A stretch of 59,846 bases of DNA, the filler included, from Malassezia furfur (taxonomy: Eukaryota), in assembly GCA_052055015.1 (NCBI GenBank). It is 4 parts of 4 records of this genome, joined end to end, with 100 filler letters (N's around TTAATTAATTAA, not from the genome) between each part and the next. Parts side by side here need not be neighbours in the genome. Positions count along the whole stretch, not along the records: positions 1 to 15,007 come from JBQJIT010000279.1; positions 15,108 to 30,109 come from JBQJIT010000280.1; 2 more parts are not named here. The stretch is one strand, 5' to 3'. Position 1 is the stretch's first letter, and every line of letters starts with the position of its first letter. Position numbers and translations under genes: made by a program. Positions 10,799 through 22,381 of this stretch are shown one piece after another. Below the pieces are notes generated by a model, which did not search any database, was not told the DNA's origin, and saw nothing but the letters and a program-made list of their open reading frames with translations.

Positions 10799-13691
10799 CT
10801 ACGTCTTGGTGAACCAGCGCGTGGTCTGCCGCTTGAGCCAATATACAAGGAATCCGATGAAGCGGAAGGCGGCCATCTGGGTGAGTATGCGGACGTACCC
10901 CAAACGTGGACCAAAGGATCACCTTGAAGTAGATTTGCTGGTTGTGTTGGCCCTGTGTAGCCTCGTCGTCCAAATTCTCTTTGGGATGATAGTCGTACAG
11001 GTTCATGATGACGGCCACCAGGGCCGCGTTGGTCAGCAGCCACAGCGACACGAGGCGCGTGCGGAAGGTGCGGTTGCTGTCGTCGAGGGTCGGGCGCTCA
11101 GTGGTGCGCTCATAGTGGTATGGCTTGATCGCGCGGTCCACCACGCCGCGGAACCGCTCGTCCAAGTCCTCTTGGTCGTACGCCAGCTCCTCGACGACGG
11201 CGTTGGCGTTGACGTTCATCGACTTGCGCTTCGCCACGTCGACTGTCGGCAAGGCATCCGCCTTGTCCGAGCCTTTGGTACCCCAGCTGACGTCGTGCAG
11301 ATTGCAAAAGGCGTACACGTTGATCACGTTGACAAACGACGGCGCGACCCAAAAGTACTGCACGGAGCTGGTGATCATGTGCCATGGGTCCGCATACAGC
11401 AGCGACGACACCAAGTAGATGCCAAACATGGCCGCCAACGAGGCAATCAGCACCGCGGTGGTGTTGGAAAAGATGATCTCGGCGTAGCTCTTGTTCGCCG
11501 TATGCATGCTCAGCAGCGAGCGCACCGTGAGCCAGAGCGAAATGCACAGCACATACGAGCCCAACACGCCAAACACAATGATCGACAGGACGTACGCAAC
11601 GCGCTCCGCCTTGGGCCGGTTGCCAAGCGCCAGCACAAACTGGATGGCGAGCATGAAGCCGTACACCCACATCAGCACCAGGTTGATCCAGTGGAACGCA
11701 ATCAGCCACGTGTCGCTGTACTCGCGCAGCAGCACGTTGGGCAGGTACTGGATGATGATGGCAAACGTCAGCCACAGGTTGCCGAGCGCAAACCAGGACA
11801 GAATGAGCTGGCACAGGTTGTAGAGCGCCTGCAGGTGGAAGCCAAGCATGCGCAGCACCCCGTGCCGGCTGCGGTAGATACGGTAAAAGTGCACGAGCGA
11901 GTAGATCGACGCGGCAAACGAGCCGTTGAGCCACCGCCGCCGCTGCGAGATGAGCTCGGCGGTCTTTTCGGGGACATCCGTTTCGGCCTTGCTCGGCTTG
12001 ACGTACGACAGCACCCACCGGTCGCCGGCCTTGGCCACGAGCTCAAAGCACAAGATGCGGTCTTCGGCAAGGAACATGTTTTTGCGGAAGATGTTCATCT
12101 GGTTCATGCCCTTGCGACCCAACCGCTCGGCCATGGTGTGGTCGCCGTGGAAGTACTGCTGCAGCGGACGCCCACAAATCGCCCGGTAGCGGTACGCGCT
12201 GAACGCGCCGGGCAGCACACTGACGTACCCAAACGTCGACTCGAGCGGCTTGTCGAGGATGTTGCTGATCTTGTACTCGAAGTTTTGCGCAGCGACCAAC
12301 GGGTTGAGCAGCTTGACGCCATGGTCGGTCATAACGTGGATCTCGCCACAGGCACCGCCGAGGTGGGGGTTGTTGTGGAACGCCTCCCAGAGATAGTACA
12401 GCGAGCGGTGCCCCGGCTTGGTCCCGACGTCAATCAGCACCACCACCTCGGGCTGTAGCATGGCACCGATCGCATTAAACACCCACCGATGGCTGTTGAT
12501 CTTTTTCGAGTTCTTCTGCTTCAGGCAAAAGATGGTCTGCACCGGCACAAGGTTCTGCTCGCTCCCCTCCACGGGCTGCACGAGCCGGGGCGTGGAGTCG
12601 ACCGCCACCTGCGTGGTGTACTCAAACAGATGCGCCACGGTCTCCTGGTCGTCGACCTTGCGCTTCATGATCCCGTCCTGGTACACACCCATCGTCGCGA
12701 GCACATCGAGCGTCTCTTTGTCGCACGGGTCGATCCCGTCGTACACCAACACCACCACGATGCGCTGCCACGGCGGCTGGCCCTCTTCGGCCGTGTGCCG
12801 CCAGTATTTGGACCACTTGTTCTTGCAGATCTCGCGGATGTTTTGCATCACGCCGTACAGGGTGCGGGTGAGCAGCTTGCGGTCCTCGTTGTAGTACGTG
12901 AGCGTAATCAGCAGCTCGGTCGCGCGACCATAGTCGGTCGAGGTGCGCAGGCCCCACCCATTGTCGCGCGTAAACTCGTCGGGGTCGCACGTCACCGCCG
13001 AGTAGCGCAGGTGCGTAAACTCTTTCGGCTGGCCCTCGGCACGGTACTTGGCCTCCACGGCGTTGGCCACGGGCGACGGCACGGGGTAGTCGACGATCCA
13101 GTTGCTCCCGTGCAACTCGACCTGGCGCATGTGCCCGTGCGACGGCGGCTGCTGCCGCGCCGCCCATCCACGCTGGCTCGTTTGGTCGTCGGCCTGCAAG
13201 TCGATCATCGACGCACTCGGGCGGTGCACGCCAAAGTCGGCGTGTACGTCGGGGTAGCTCAGGGCGCTTGCGCTGTCAAACTTGCCCTGCAGTGGCGCAT
13301 GCAGGTCTTCGTCGCTGCGTACGTGCGACAACGAGGCCAGTGGGTCGGTCGTGTCGTACGGCGCCATGTACTGCGGCTCGTGCAGCTCGTCCACGGTATG
13401 CCCTGCCTCAGACGGCGCATCAAGGTAGTGGTCGACGAGCGCATGGTGTGCATCGGTCGTTGCACTCGTGTTCGTAAAGATGCGTGGCTGGCCAGGCACC
13501 ACGCCCTCAGGATACAGCGGCTGCGGCGCGGCCGAAGCGCCCCAGCCGGCTTGGTAGCGTGTCTGCTGCGCAGCCGTCGGGGGGTATGCGGGCTGCGCCG
13601 ATCCCTCCGGCACCTCTGCCTGAACCTCGTCGTCCGTGTGTGGCACACTCGCGTACCGGCGCGCTGCCGGGAGCGCACGCGGGCCTCGCAT
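10799..13691 (-). CDS. Chitin synthase (division 1, class III-like)
   Basis: QNFEYKISNILDKPLES, LPGAFSAYR, MFLAEDRILCFELVAK, QRRRW, NLHDVSWGTKG; 22-nt terminal intron 10877-10898 gives ...WSTFGMAAFRFIGFLVYWLK...*. Start codon is tentative. Confidence 0.92.
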
Positions 13692-13819
13692 CCCACCGTG
13701 CTGCACAACGAAGAACACTGGCCGCCGCGTGCGCCCTCTCCACACCGCCCCCGGTCGCCCCTTGGTTTTGCTTGGTCAGGCTGAGTCAGACACGCGCGCG
13801 CGCAACGCGCCCAGCGACG

Positions 13820-15007
13820 ATGGTCATGGCACCCGCCCCGCCGGCCGGCGAGCCGCTCGCGGTCGGCGAGCAGCTCATGCAGCTCGACCAGGCCATCACT
13901 TTGACGCTGCAGGAAATTGACGAAAACTTTTCCCAGGCGCACCAGGTGATCACCTCGCGCATCCTGCCCGCGATCCACGCCTACGAAGCCGCGTGCCAGC
14001 GGACGTGGAGCGCCGCGCAGTTCTGGAAGCAGTTTTTCGAGACCTCGGCGCAGGTCTCGCTCTCGCACCAGCCGCTCGAGGGCGCAGAAGAGACCCACGA
14101 GGCCGACGCATCCGCCGCCTATGCGTACGACACGGATGCCGATACCACCACGCACGAACGCGACGTGCCGGTGGACGACGACAGCGCGCACGACACGCAC
14201 GACAGCAACCCGCTGCAGTCGCCGCCGCGCCTGAGTCACAGCATCTATGCGCCCCTGGACGACAGCGCATCGCCCCGGGCGGCGCCGTCGCCCGCACGGC
14301 TCCACGGCGCGGCACCGTCCGACATGTCGATGTCGGTAGCCCACGACCCCTCGGTGACGATCGGCGAGGTGCCGACGTCGTCGAGCCCGTGGAAGCGCAA
14401 CACGCGCCGCCGGTCGTCGGCGCGGCCGCGCGTGAGCATCGTCGGCAGCGCCGCGGCGGCGAATCCGTTTGCGAGCGACGACCGACCGCATGCGTGGGAC
14501 GGCATTGCGGACCTGCGCACCACGCCGCTGCGGCCAGGTGCGCGGTCCGACGTGAACGACACGTCGATGCGGTCCCCACACGGTATGTCGCCGCCGCCCA
14601 TGCCAACGCGGCTCGCGACGCCGCACAGCCGATGGGCGCAGACGCCCGCCAAAGAGGCCGCGCGGCTCGCGGTCGACGATGTGTTGCGCTCGGCCGCCCA
14701 CGAGGAGGAGGCCGCTTCGCCCCCGCGCTCAGCACGGCGCAAGAGCGTTGTCGGCACGCCCCTGCCGAAGCGCACGCCGAGTCGCTCGCGACGCGACTCG
14801 CTGCCCACGCCCCCGACCATTACCAAGGTGCACCGCGCGTCGGACGACGACGCAGGCGGCGCACACGCCCTCGATACACTGCTCGCCCTCGACGACCCCG
14901 CGTCCGAGTCGTCCGCCTCCGACTCGGATGAGGCGGAGCTGCTGGCGCCCGGGCCGGCGGACGCCTCCGCGGCGCGCACGGCCGGCGACGATACCCTGCC
15001 GGGCGCT
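13820..15007 (+). CDS. ASK1: DASH/Dam1 kinetochore complex subunit Ask1 (truncated by contig end)
   Basis: EQLMQLDQAITLTLQEIDENFSQAHQVITSRILPAI...SAAQFWKQFFETSAQVSL matches the Ask1 N-terminal domain; S/P-rich tail. Confidence 0.85.
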
Positions 15008-15107
15008 NNNNNNNNNNNNNNNNNNNNNNNNNNNNNNNNNNNNNNNNNNNNTTAATTAATTAANNNNNNNNNNNNNNNNNNNNNNNNNNNNNNNNNNNNN
15101 NNNNNNN
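15008..15107. other. Artificial contig linker (N44-TTAATTAATTAA-N44)
   Basis: N runs flanking a six-frame stop spacer; identical at all three junctions. Confidence 0.98.
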
Positions 15108-16204
15108 CCAGCTGGCCGGCCGAGGCGCCGGCCTCGGATGCCTCGACGACCGCACCCTCGGTGGATGCCCCCGTCTCCAACTCGTACGACGGCACGGCAA
15201 TTGAAATTCCCTCGGACCTCACGCAGGTGGCGCTGCAAAAGAGCCCCGACCTTGAGGCCGGGGGCGAGGCCGGCGACGAGAGTGCGTGGGTCGATGAGGA
15301 AGACACGCCGACGACGCCCACCTTCCCCCGCCCCGAGTTCATCCCCGAATGGAGTTTTGAGCAGGCGATGTTCGAAGCGGCACAGGACGTGCGCGTCTAC
15401 GAGCTTTCCGGGCGCAAGCCGTGCAGCAAACAGTCGCGGCGCGGCGCGGCGCGCGTGCGTCCGCCGCCCGTGGAAGACTTCTTTGGGATTCTGAACGCGG
15501 CGGAGCTCAAGCCGGCGCTGCCGCTGCCCAGCTATGCTTTGGACATGCCGCCGGTCGACGTGGCCAAGCTGCAGGCGGCGCCGGCGCCCATGCGCGGCTC
15601 AACACTCCGCGCGCAGCCCGCGCGCGGCATCGCACGTACCGCGCGGGCGATGCTGGGCCGCAGTGCGTTTATCGACGAAACGGCCCCCGCCCCGCTCAAG
15701 GCGGCAGCGGCCCCGGCGACGTCCGTGGCGATCCCCTTTTCCGACTCGGTGTACGATGCATACGAGCCGCCGGCGGTCGAGGAGGAGCGTGTCACGGAGC
15801 AAAGTCCGTTCATGACGCAAATGTTTGCTTCGGTCAAGTCGCCGTGGCTCGCATCGGAGAAGCCGGTCGCTGCGGACGACTGTGAGGCGCAACTCACGTC
15901 GTCGCCCGAGATCCCGGTTGCAAGCCCGTATACCTCGCCGTCGAGCGATGCGCTGGCCACCGCCTCGCCATGGCCCACGACGCCGCGCACATCGACGGTG
16001 GACCACCTCGCGCCGTCGATCCCACCGCCCAGCACCCCCGTGCCGCGCAGTCCCGACGTGCGCTTGGCGTCCCCCAACAGCGCCGGGCAGCGGTTTATCC
16101 GTCCCGACACCCAGACGCGGATCCCCGTCCCCACGCCCGTGTGGCGCCTCAACTTTTCCCAGACCACCGCGACGCCCGAGGCGCGCCCCTGCTTTACGAT
16201 TTGA
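15108..16204 (+). CDS. Hypothetical Pro/Ser/Ala-rich protein, C-terminal part
   Basis: Open frame from the contig edge to TGA 16204 with coding-like codon usage; no recognisable domain. Confidence 0.55.
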
Positions 16205-16219
16205 CGTAGCCTAACGAAT

Positions 16220-16237
16220 GCACAGACCACGTGGAGG
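16220..16237 (+). promoter_or_regulatory. Duplicated 18-bp promoter element GCACAGACCACGTGGAGG (second copy at 18238-18255)
   Basis: Exact 18-mer with a CACGTG core upstream of CPS copies 1 and 2. Confidence 0.7.
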
Positions 16238-16279
16238 CGCCCGTCCCGCGACCAGATAAGACGCTTGCCGCGCGTGACC

Positions 16280-18223
16280 ATGACCGCGAAGCTCGAGCTG
16301 CCCAACCGCGCACCGACGAACGCGCCACCGCCGCGCCGGCGCGGCGCTGCACGCTACTTGATTGCCGGTATGGCACTGGCCATGTACGTGTACACGACCT
16401 ACGTGCGTACACACGCGCCCACAACGTGGCTCGCCCACGTCCTGGACGACGTCGAGGGGCCGCACGGCGTGTGCCCGCAGGTGGCCGAATACGATCCGAC
16501 CGACGCGCTCCAGGGCCTCGAACTCGTGCGCCCATCGGTGCGTGCCTCCGTGGAGCGTCTCAGCCAGGCGGTCCAGATCGACACGTCTGTCGGCGACGGC
16601 TGGAAGGACCCGGACGAGGACCCCGCGCCGTGGAAGATCTTCGCACCGTACGCCGAGTGGTTCGAGCGCAGCTTCCCCACCATACACGCGCCCGAAAGCC
16701 CCGTGCGCCGCGAAAAGATTCACCACCACGGCCTGCTCTACACGTGGCCGGGCTCGGACCCCTCCCTGAAGCCGCTGCTGATCACCGCGCACCAGGACGT
16801 GGTGCCGGTGGACGGCTCGACCCTCGACGACTGGGTCTATCCACCCTTTTCCGGGCACGTAGACCTCGCAAACCAGACCGTGTGGGGCCGCGGCGCGATC
16901 GACTGCAAGAACTGGCTCCACGGCTCCATGGCGGCGGTCGAGTCACTGCTGCTCAGCGGCTGGACGCCGCGCCGCACGGTGCTGCTCGCCTTTGGCTTTG
17001 ACGAGGAGTCGAGTGGGCAACAGGGCGCACAGCACATCGGCCGCTTCCTGCAGGAGCGGTACGGCGACAACAGCGTCGCGATGCTCGTCGACGAGGGCAC
17101 ACCGGTGTACTCCGTGTCGGATCCCGAGTCGTTCGGCGCACCAATTGCCGCACCAGCCGTCACAGAAAAGGGAATGCTCAACATCGAGATGGAAGTACGC
17201 AGCAAAGGCGGACACTCGTCGATGCCGCCGCCGCACACGTCGATCGGTCTGCTGTCGCGCATCCTGACGGTGCTCGAAGATCACCCGTTCCCGGACAAGA
17301 TCGAGGAAAAGTCCAAGGCACACATCCAGTTTTTGCAGTGCATGCGCGACCACCCCGAGATGCCGGACGCGTTGCGGCACGCGCTGTACAAGCTCGAGTA
17401 CGCCGAACGTGTGCACGATAACCGCTTGGCACCGAACGCCAGTGCCGTTCTGCCGCTCGCCGAGCGCGTCTTTTTGGGTCTCGCACCGCGCTCGCTCAAG
17501 CAAAGCCGCGTAGACAAGGCGCGCCAGGGTGTGCTCGACGTGCTCGACTACAACATGCTGTCTCTGCTCAAGACGACCCAGGCAGAGGATGTGATCCACG
17601 GCGGCGTCAAGGTGAATGCGCTGCCCGAGTCAGCCACAGCGCTCATCAACCACCGAATCGCGACCTACTCGCGTATCGCCGACGTCGAGCACCGCTACAA
17701 ACGTCTGCTGACCCCGCTGGCGGAGCAGCTGGGCCTGTCTTTGACCGCGTTTGGCGAGGAGCTCGTGCCGCACACCAATGCGACGGTTGGCTCGCTGGTC
17801 GTTGGACGAGGCTCTTGGATCGTTGACACACGCGACCCGTCGCCGTTCGAGGGGCCAGATGCGGGGCCTTGGCGCCTGCTTTCGAGCGTCATCCGCCAGA
17901 CGTGGCACCTGGACGAGCCGCGCCACGAGCTCGGCAAGAAGATGACCGAGGAGGCACGCGTCGACAAACAGTACAAGCATCCTGTGCGTGTGACGCCCAA
18001 CGTGATGTTTGCCATCACCGACACGCACTGGTACACGACCCTGACCAACCACGTATTCCGTTTCGCGTCTCTGTCCATTCACCCCGACCTGACGGGCATG
18101 TCGATGTTCCACACGATGCACACGGTCAACGAGCATGTTTCAATTGATGCCATTGTGAAGGCAGTCGACTTTTACACCAATCTGCTCGTCGCCGTCGACC
18201 ACGAGACCATCGAGCAGCGGTAG
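16280..18223 (+). CDS. CPS1: Gly-Xaa carboxypeptidase (carboxypeptidase S, peptidase M20), copy 1
   Basis: N-terminal TM anchor; AHQDVVP, GRGAIDCK, FDEE, VDEG, GGHSSMPP, GGVKVNALPE, HTVNE. Confidence 0.9.
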   Translation: MTAKLELPNRAPTNAPPPRRRGAARYLIAGMALAMYVYTTYVRTHAPTTWLAHVLDDVEGPHGVCPQVAEYDPTDALQGLELVRPSVRASVERLSQAVQIDTSVGDGWKDPDEDPAPWKIFAPYAEWFERSFPTIHAPESPVRREKIHHHGLLYTWPGSDPSLKPLLITAHQDVVPVDGSTLDDWVYPPFSGHVDLANQTVWGRGAIDCKNWLHGSMAAVESLLLSGWTPRRTVLLAFGFDEESSGQQGAQHIGRFLQERYGDNSVAMLVDEGTPVYSVSDPESFGAPIAAPAVTEKGMLNIEMEVRSKGGHSSMPPPHTSIGLLSRILTVLEDHPFPDKIEEKSKAHIQFLQCMRDHPEMPDALRHALYKLEYAERVHDNRLAPNASAVLPLAERVFLGLAPRSLKQSRVDKARQGVLDVLDYNMLSLLKTTQAEDVIHGGVKVNALPESATALINHRIATYSRIADVEHRYKRLLTPLAEQLGLSLTAFGEELVPHTNATVGSLVVGRGSWIVDTRDPSPFEGPDAGPWRLLSSVIRQTWHLDEPRHELGKKMTEEARVDKQYKHPVRVTPNVMFAITDTHWYTTLTNHVFRFASLSIHPDLTGMSMFHTMHTVNEHVSIDAIVKAVDFYTNLLVAVDHETIEQR

Positions 18224-18305
18224 ACGCCGTAGCCAACGCACAGACCACGTGGAGGAAGGCGCGCGATAGCGCCGGCCCGCCCATTTGACTCCGGATCTCG
18301 CCGCC

Positions 18306-20246
18306 ATGTCCGAAAAGGAACAGCTCCCGCTCGCTGTGGGCCCTCGGCCACGCCCACGCCCCACGCGTAGATGGCTTCGTATGCTAGGACTCGCGTTCCT
18401 GGCGACACAGTTATGGATGCTCTACTTGCGTGCGACGCCGCCGTCAATGTGGCTTCCTCACGTCCTGGAACACACCGACGATGCCGGAGGTGTGTGTCCG
18501 CAGGTTGCTGAGTACGACCCAACTGCTGCGCTGAATGGGCGCAAGATCCAACAGCCGGCTATACGCACATCTGTCGAGCGGCTCCGTGATGCAATTCGCG
18601 TCGACACCACCGTCGGCGATGCATGGGCGGATCCCAGCGACGATCCCCAGACCTGGCACGCATTTTCCGAGTTTGCCAAGGTGCTGGAAAAGAGTTTCTC
18701 CGGCATTCATGGAAGCGCAAGCCCCCTGCGGCGCGAAATCGTGCACGAACACGGCTTGCTTTACACGTGGCCGGGGTCGGACGACAGCCTGAAGCCGCTG
18801 CTCCTGATGGCCCACCAGGACGTGGTGCCTGTCGACCAGACCACGCTGAGCGAATGGCTCTTCCCGCCTTTCTCGGGGTACATCGACACTGAGAACCAGA
18901 CGGTGTGGGGCCGCGGGGCCGTGGACTGCAAGCTGTGGCTCCTAGGTACTATGTCGGCCGTTGAGTCGCTGCTCGAGAGTGGGTGGGAGCCGCGCCGGAC
19001 AATTCTGCTGGCATACGGCTTTGATGAGGAGGCCAATGGAACGCAGGGTGCCAAAAAGATCGCTGAGTACTTGCACCAGCGGTACGGCAACGACAGTATT
19101 GCTATGATTGTCGACGAGGGGATGCCGGTGTACTCTGCGTACGACGTCGAGGCATTTGGCGCGCCGATTGCCGCGCCCGCTGTGGATGAGAAAGGTGCCT
19201 TGGACGTGCGCGTGGAAGTGCGCAGCAAGGGTGGACACTCGTCGATGCCACCGCCGCACACCTCGATTGGCTTGCTGTCCAAACTGGTAACGGTGCTCGA
19301 GGAGAATCCGTTCCCGGACAAGCTGGAGGAGCGTTCTAAGGCGCAGATCCGCTTTTTCCAGTGCATGCGCGACCATCCACTGGTGCCCAAGCCGATGCGC
19401 ACGGCCCTTGAGGAGCTCGAGTATGCCGAGCGCACCCTGGACAGCGACTTCATGCGGATGCACGGGTCCAAGCTCCCTATCCATGAGCGTCTCTTTGTCC
19501 AACTAGCGCCGGAATCGATGCTACGCTCGCGCCTGGAGCGCGCACGTCAGCACGTTTTGGACGTGCTTGATCCTGCTGTGCGCCTGCTGCTCAAGACGAC
19601 GCAAGCTGCTGACATTGTGCAAGGCGGTGTCAAGGTAAATGCCCTGCCGGAGTCGGCCTACGCAATCATGAACCACCGCATTGCGACCTATTCGAGCGTC
19701 GACGAAACCAAAGACCGGTACAAGAAACTGCTTGCGCCCGTTGCCAAGGAGATGGGGCTGTCGATGACCGCCTTTGACGAAGAGCTTGTGCCCTTTACCA
19801 ACGCGTCGGTCGGCTCGCTGGTAATCAGCAACGGACCGTCGTACCTTGAGGTGGTCGATGTGTCGCCATTTGAGGGCAAGGAGGCCGGCGCTTTCCGTCT
19901 TTTGTCCAGCGTTATTCGGCAGACGTGGCATCTGGACGAGCCACGCAAGACGATGGACGATGCCTCGCACCATGTGAGTAGCGTCAAGCAAAAGCATGGT
20001 GAATCCATTCGCGTCACTCCGACGACAATGTTTGCCAACACTGATACGCACTGGTACAAACTGCTTACGCGCAACATTTTCCGGTTCGGTCCGGCCACGC
20101 TGCACCGCGATCTTACAGGGCTTACGATGCTGCACACGATCCATACCGTCAACGAACATGTCTCGTTCGACGCGATTGCGAAGGCCGTTGAATTCTACAC
20201 GAACCTGATTGTCGCTGTGGACTATGAGGATGTGAACAAGATGTAG
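18306..20246 (+). CDS. CPS1: Gly-Xaa carboxypeptidase (peptidase M20), copy 2
   Basis: Same motifs: AHQDVVP, GRGAVDCK, FDEE, VDEG, GGHSSMPP, HTVNE; collinear with copy 1. Confidence 0.9.
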   Translation: MSEKEQLPLAVGPRPRPRPTRRWLRMLGLAFLATQLWMLYLRATPPSMWLPHVLEHTDDAGGVCPQVAEYDPTAALNGRKIQQPAIRTSVERLRDAIRVDTTVGDAWADPSDDPQTWHAFSEFAKVLEKSFSGIHGSASPLRREIVHEHGLLYTWPGSDDSLKPLLLMAHQDVVPVDQTTLSEWLFPPFSGYIDTENQTVWGRGAVDCKLWLLGTMSAVESLLESGWEPRRTILLAYGFDEEANGTQGAKKIAEYLHQRYGNDSIAMIVDEGMPVYSAYDVEAFGAPIAAPAVDEKGALDVRVEVRSKGGHSSMPPPHTSIGLLSKLVTVLEENPFPDKLEERSKAQIRFFQCMRDHPLVPKPMRTALEELEYAERTLDSDFMRMHGSKLPIHERLFVQLAPESMLRSRLERARQHVLDVLDPAVRLLLKTTQAADIVQGGVKVNALPESAYAIMNHRIATYSSVDETKDRYKKLLAPVAKEMGLSMTAFDEELVPFTNASVGSLVISNGPSYLEVVDVSPFEGKEAGAFRLLSSVIRQTWHLDEPRKTMDDASHHVSSVKQKHGESIRVTPTTMFANTDTHWYKLLTRNIFRFGPATLHRDLTGLTMLHTIHTVNEHVSFDAIAKAVEFYTNLIVAVDYEDVNKM

Positions 20247-20425
20247 AGATGTGTAGCTAAATGCATCCGCATTTCGCAATCCCTAGGGATAAGGTGGACG
20301 GCACCACCTAATTTAATTAGCGCACCGAAGATTTTATCAAATTGGGTTGGAGATTATGCACGGACCAAAAGAAAATAGTTTATCCACGATAAGATGCCGC
20401 CAACGTATCTTACAAAGTACTCGTC

Positions 20426-22366
20426 ATGTCGAAGGAAAGCGAATTGCCGCTCGTTGTACATCCAAATTACCGCACGCGGCGGACTAGAAAATGGCCTACG
20501 ATTCTTGCTATAGTTATTGGAGCTTATCAGCTATGGTTACTTTGGGCGCGTTGGGCCACTTCGGCATCGTGGCTTCCTGCTCTTTTGGCAACCGCAAGTG
20601 ACACGGACGCAGTTTGTCCGCAAGTGCCAGAGTATGATGCCAAGGCGGCACTGGGTGAACTAAAAATTGAGCTGCCGACCATTCGCGAAGCTGTGGATCG
20701 TTTGAGTCAGGCGGTGCAAATTGACACAGCAGTGCAAGACAACTGGGTTGATCCCAATGAAGATCCCGAGCCCTGGGCGAAGTTTGAAGCTTTTGCCAAC
20801 TATCTTGAGAAAGCGTTCCCCGCAGTGCATGCGTATGAGAGCCCTTTGAAGCGCGAGTTCGTGCACAAGCACGGTCTCCTTTACATTTGGCCCGGCTCAG
20901 ATACTTCGCTCAAGCCTCTGCTTCTCACGGCGCACCAGGATGTGGTGCCGATCGACCAGACCACACAACATGACTGGCTGTTTCCACCATTTTCCGGATA
21001 CATTGACCTCGTAAACCAAACAGTCTGGGGCCGCGGCGCGTTTGATTGCAAAGTGCGTCTTCTAGGTACCTTGTCTGCCGCTGAGTCGCTACTGCGGAGC
21101 AATTGGACTCCACGCCGGACAATCGTACTCGCGTACGGATATGACGAAGAAGTGGGAGGGGAACAAGGTGCGCAGTATCTTGGTGAGCGTCTCCAAGAGC
21201 TCTACGGAAACGACGGCATTGCGATGCTGGTCGACGAAGGTATGCCAGTTTATTCGGCGTACGACGTGGAGTCGTTTGGTGCACCGATTGCCGCTCCGGC
21301 CGTGAGCGAGAAAGGTGCACTGAATGTACGAGTTGAGGTACGGAGCAAAGGAGGGCATTCGTCGATGCCACCGCCTCATACATCCATTGGCCTCTTGTCC
21401 AAGATCGTGACTTTCTTGGAAGACCATCCCTTCCCCGACAAGATCAAGGAGAAGTCCGAGGCACAAATTCGGTCCCTACAATGTCTGCGTGACCACCCTC
21501 GGGTGCCGAAGAAGCTGCGACATGCTTTGCTGGAGCTGGAGTATGCGGAGCGCTCGCTAGATGCCGGGTTCCTTCGCCTGTACGCTGCCGAGCTTCCAGT
21601 GTACGAACGGCTCTATCTGGCAGCGGCACCCATTACTGTGCAACAAAACCGGCTGGAACGTGCACGCAAGCGCGTGCTGGAGCTACTGAGTGACAACACA
21701 CGCCTCGTTCTGAAAACGACACAGGCAGTCGATGTGATCGAAGGCGGTGTCAAGGTGAATGCGTTGCCCGAATCTGCTCATGCCATCGTCAGTCACCGCA
21801 TTGCGCCTTACTCGAGTGTGGCTGAAACACAAGACCGATACAAAAAGCTGTTAACCTCTGTCGCCAGGACGCTCGACCTTTCGTTTACAGCATTTGGTGA
21901 GGAACTCGTTCCGCACACCAATGCGTCCGCGGGGGCGCTGGTGGTTACCAACGAGTCCTGGATGAGGGATGTGGCCCATATTTCGCCATTTGAGGGGAAA
22001 AATGCTGGACCCTTCCGTTTGTTGTCCAGCGTGATCCGCCAAACTTGGCATCTAGATGAGCCACGGCACGTTCTTCATGAGGGGGCCAATGCCGCGCCGA
22101 CGTCAAAGAAGCCGTTTAAGGACTCGGCACGGGTGACGCCCAGCACCATGTTTGCCAACACGGATACGTTCTGGTACAGAAACTTGACCCAAAACGTGTT
22201 CCGGTTTGGTCCTGCAACCCTGCACCGCGATCTGACGGGCATCCCAATGCTGCACACCACCCACACGGTGAACGAGAACGTCCCAATCGACGCCATCATG
22301 AAAGCCATCGAGTTTTACACGAACCTCATGGTTGCCGTCGACTTTGAGGATCTCGAAAAGGTATAG
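20426..22366 (+). CDS. CPS1: Gly-Xaa carboxypeptidase (peptidase M20), copy 3
   Basis: AHQDVVP, GRGAFDCK, YDEE, VDEG, GGHSSMPP, HTVNE; visibly lower GC than copy 1. Confidence 0.9.
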   Translation: MSKESELPLVVHPNYRTRRTRKWPTILAIVIGAYQLWLLWARWATSASWLPALLATASDTDAVCPQVPEYDAKAALGELKIELPTIREAVDRLSQAVQIDTAVQDNWVDPNEDPEPWAKFEAFANYLEKAFPAVHAYESPLKREFVHKHGLLYIWPGSDTSLKPLLLTAHQDVVPIDQTTQHDWLFPPFSGYIDLVNQTVWGRGAFDCKVRLLGTLSAAESLLRSNWTPRRTIVLAYGYDEEVGGEQGAQYLGERLQELYGNDGIAMLVDEGMPVYSAYDVESFGAPIAAPAVSEKGALNVRVEVRSKGGHSSMPPPHTSIGLLSKIVTFLEDHPFPDKIKEKSEAQIRSLQCLRDHPRVPKKLRHALLELEYAERSLDAGFLRLYAAELPVYERLYLAAAPITVQQNRLERARKRVLELLSDNTRLVLKTTQAVDVIEGGVKVNALPESAHAIVSHRIAPYSSVAETQDRYKKLLTSVARTLDLSFTAFGEELVPHTNASAGALVVTNESWMRDVAHISPFEGKNAGPFRLLSSVIRQTWHLDEPRHVLHEGANAAPTSKKPFKDSARVTPSTMFANTDTFWYRNLTQNVFRFGPATLHRDLTGIPMLHTTHTVNENVPIDAIMKAIEFYTNLMVAVDFEDLEKV

Positions 22367-22381
22367 ATAACAAATACATAA

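Noticed and set aside
10683..10898. Apparent overlap of the chitin synthase ORF with the AKR start (similarly MDM38 with RRP12 at 41966-42050)
   Set aside because: The overlap disappears once the terminal micro-introns (10877-10898 and 41755-41780) are removed.
20284..20292. TAGGGATAA resembling the start of an I-SceI site
   Set aside because: Only 9 of 18 bases match; better explained as a GATA motif overlapping a palindrome.
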